Origin: Felis catus
Taxonomy: Eukaryota
Length of the DNA: 64,000 nt
NCBI RefSeq assembly: GCF_018350175.1
Contig: NC_058368.1
Coordinates: 209,438,001-209,502,000 of the forward strand
Direction: 5' to 3'
Part shown: piece after piece, positions 62,614 to 64,000 of the stretch
How the letters are laid out: every line of letters starts with the position of its first letter
How positions within the stretch are numbered: the first letter of the stretch is position 1
Position numbers and translations under genes: made by a program
The notes under the pieces: model-generated
The model's database searches: none
Seen by the model: the letters and a program-made list of their open reading frames with translations, nothing else
Told to the model about the DNA's origin: nothing

Positions 62614-62920
62614 CAACTGACCCTTGAACAATGCAGGGGTTAGGGATGCTGACCCCCTGCACAGTTGAAAATCTGCACATAACTCTGATTCCCCAAAAAC
62701 TTAACTTTTAATAACCTACTGATGACCAGAAAACTTACCAATAACATAAAGTTGATTAACACATATGTTATATGAATTACAGACTGTATTTTTACAGTAA
62801 ACTGGAGAAAAGAAAATGTTATTTAAAAATCGTAAAAGAAAATACATTTACAGTACTATACTGTACTTATTGAAAAAAAATCCATGTATAAGTGGACCTG
62901 TGCAGTTGAAGGGTCAACTG
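62614..62920. mobile_element. Tigger2-like non-autonomous element
   Basis: TA|caactgacccttgaac ... gaagggtcaactg|TA. Confidence 0.8.
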
Positions 62921-63035
62921 TAGTATTAAATGTCAAGATTAACAAGTATCTCATCATTGTCTCTCTCTGTGTAAGAGAGGGAGGCCTCAACTAGGTTTGT
63001 ACCCACAGGGACCACACCCTTGTTCGAGTCCTTAC

Positions 63036-63134
63036 CACATCAGTGATGTTTAAAATTTTCCTCGTCATTGCTTCTTTGTCATTGTGTGGAGTTGGAGTAA
63101 ACCAGAGTTTTTGGAATGTTTCATTTACTAATTT
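63036..63134 (-). CDS. NIPBL: NIPBL exon (human exon 31 equivalent), 99 bp
   Basis: ctag|AAATTAGTA...ACTGATGTG|gtaagg; encodes KLVNETFQKLWFTPTPHNDKEAMTRKILNITDV. Confidence 0.95.
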
Positions 63135-64000
63135 CTAGAAAAAAGAAAATTTCAAACTACACAACTACAACAAACATGGCAAAATTCTCAATCCCAAATT
63201 CTCATTAAAATCCAAAACAGCGGCGCCTGGGTGGTTCAGTCGGTTGAGTGTCCGACTTCAGCTCAGGTCACGATCTCGCGGTCTGTGAGTTCGAGCCCCG
63301 CATCGGGCTCTGGGCTGATGGCTCAGAGCCTGGAGCCTGCTTCTGAGTCTCCCTCTCTCTCTGCCCCTCCCCCATTCATGCTGTCTTTGTCTCAAAAATA
63401 AATAAACGTTAAAAAAAATTTTTTTTTAAATAAAAAATAAAAAATAAAATCCAAAACAAAGGTGGGGCACCTGGCTGGCTCTATTGGTAGAGCATGATCT
63501 CTGTTCATGAAGAAAAAAAAAAAAAAAAAAAAAAAAAAGCCAAAAACAAAGCTACAAATAACGAATCAAAGCACAAACTACCAGAAATTTTTGGCACAAA
63601 TTCCTCAATTTTTGAAAACAATCATCAATTAATTTTTCAAAATTATAATCTTTTTCAATTGGTAAAAATTTTAAATAGGTGATATCTGCATAGTACACAA
63701 AGGTTGTTTTTTTTTTTTTTAAATATTTATTCTATTTTTGAGAGAAAGAGAGAGACTGAGCATGAGCAGGGGAGGCACAGAGAGAGAGGGAGACACAGAA
63801 CCTGAAGTGGGCTCCAGGCTTCGCACTGTCAGCATAGACCCCAACGCGGGGCTTGAACTCACAAACTGTGAGATCATGACCTGAGCCAAAGTTGGACACT
63901 TAATGACAGAGACACCCAGGTGCCCCACAAATGTTTTGATCAAACTAAAAAACATTTTTCTTACTTTTTTTTGAGGGGGGGGGAAGCTGTTAAAGAAAAC

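Overview
Mammalian genomic DNA, felid judging by the young SINEC_Fc-type Can-SINEs and carnivore L1 3' ends. The window covers the tail-to-tail junction of two genes. On the + strand are the last two coding exons of CPLANE1 (C5orf42; 2290-2444 and 2908-3081). On the - strand are 17 consecutive 3' exons of NIPBL (63134 down to 22622), matching human exons 31-47 as I recall them, with both known C-termini: isoform B by read-through of exon 46 and isoform A by exon 47. All these exons have GT-AG sites and a continuous frame. The rest is mostly transposon debris: Can-SINEs, L1/HAL1, L2, MIR, hAT and Tigger-like DNA elements, and a ~5 kb MaLR/ERV-L composite in intron 32. Nearly all other ORF-track entries are spurious. 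Four structures stand out. (1) A 92-nt TTAA-bounded hairpin in NIPBL intron 46 sits against a poly(A) signal that lies only ~65 nt before the exon-47 acceptor, a candidate isoform A/B switch. (2) A recent inverted duplication (>=313 bp, 4 substitutions + 1 indel) brackets the last two CPLANE1 exons and is fused to a 17-nt SINE head. (3) A ~105-bp locally templated insertion has 11-bp flanking repeats. (4) Old ~240-bp direct repeats flank the ERV composite. Gene, exon-number and repeat-family names come from recognition and memory, not database searches; repeat boundaries are approximate.
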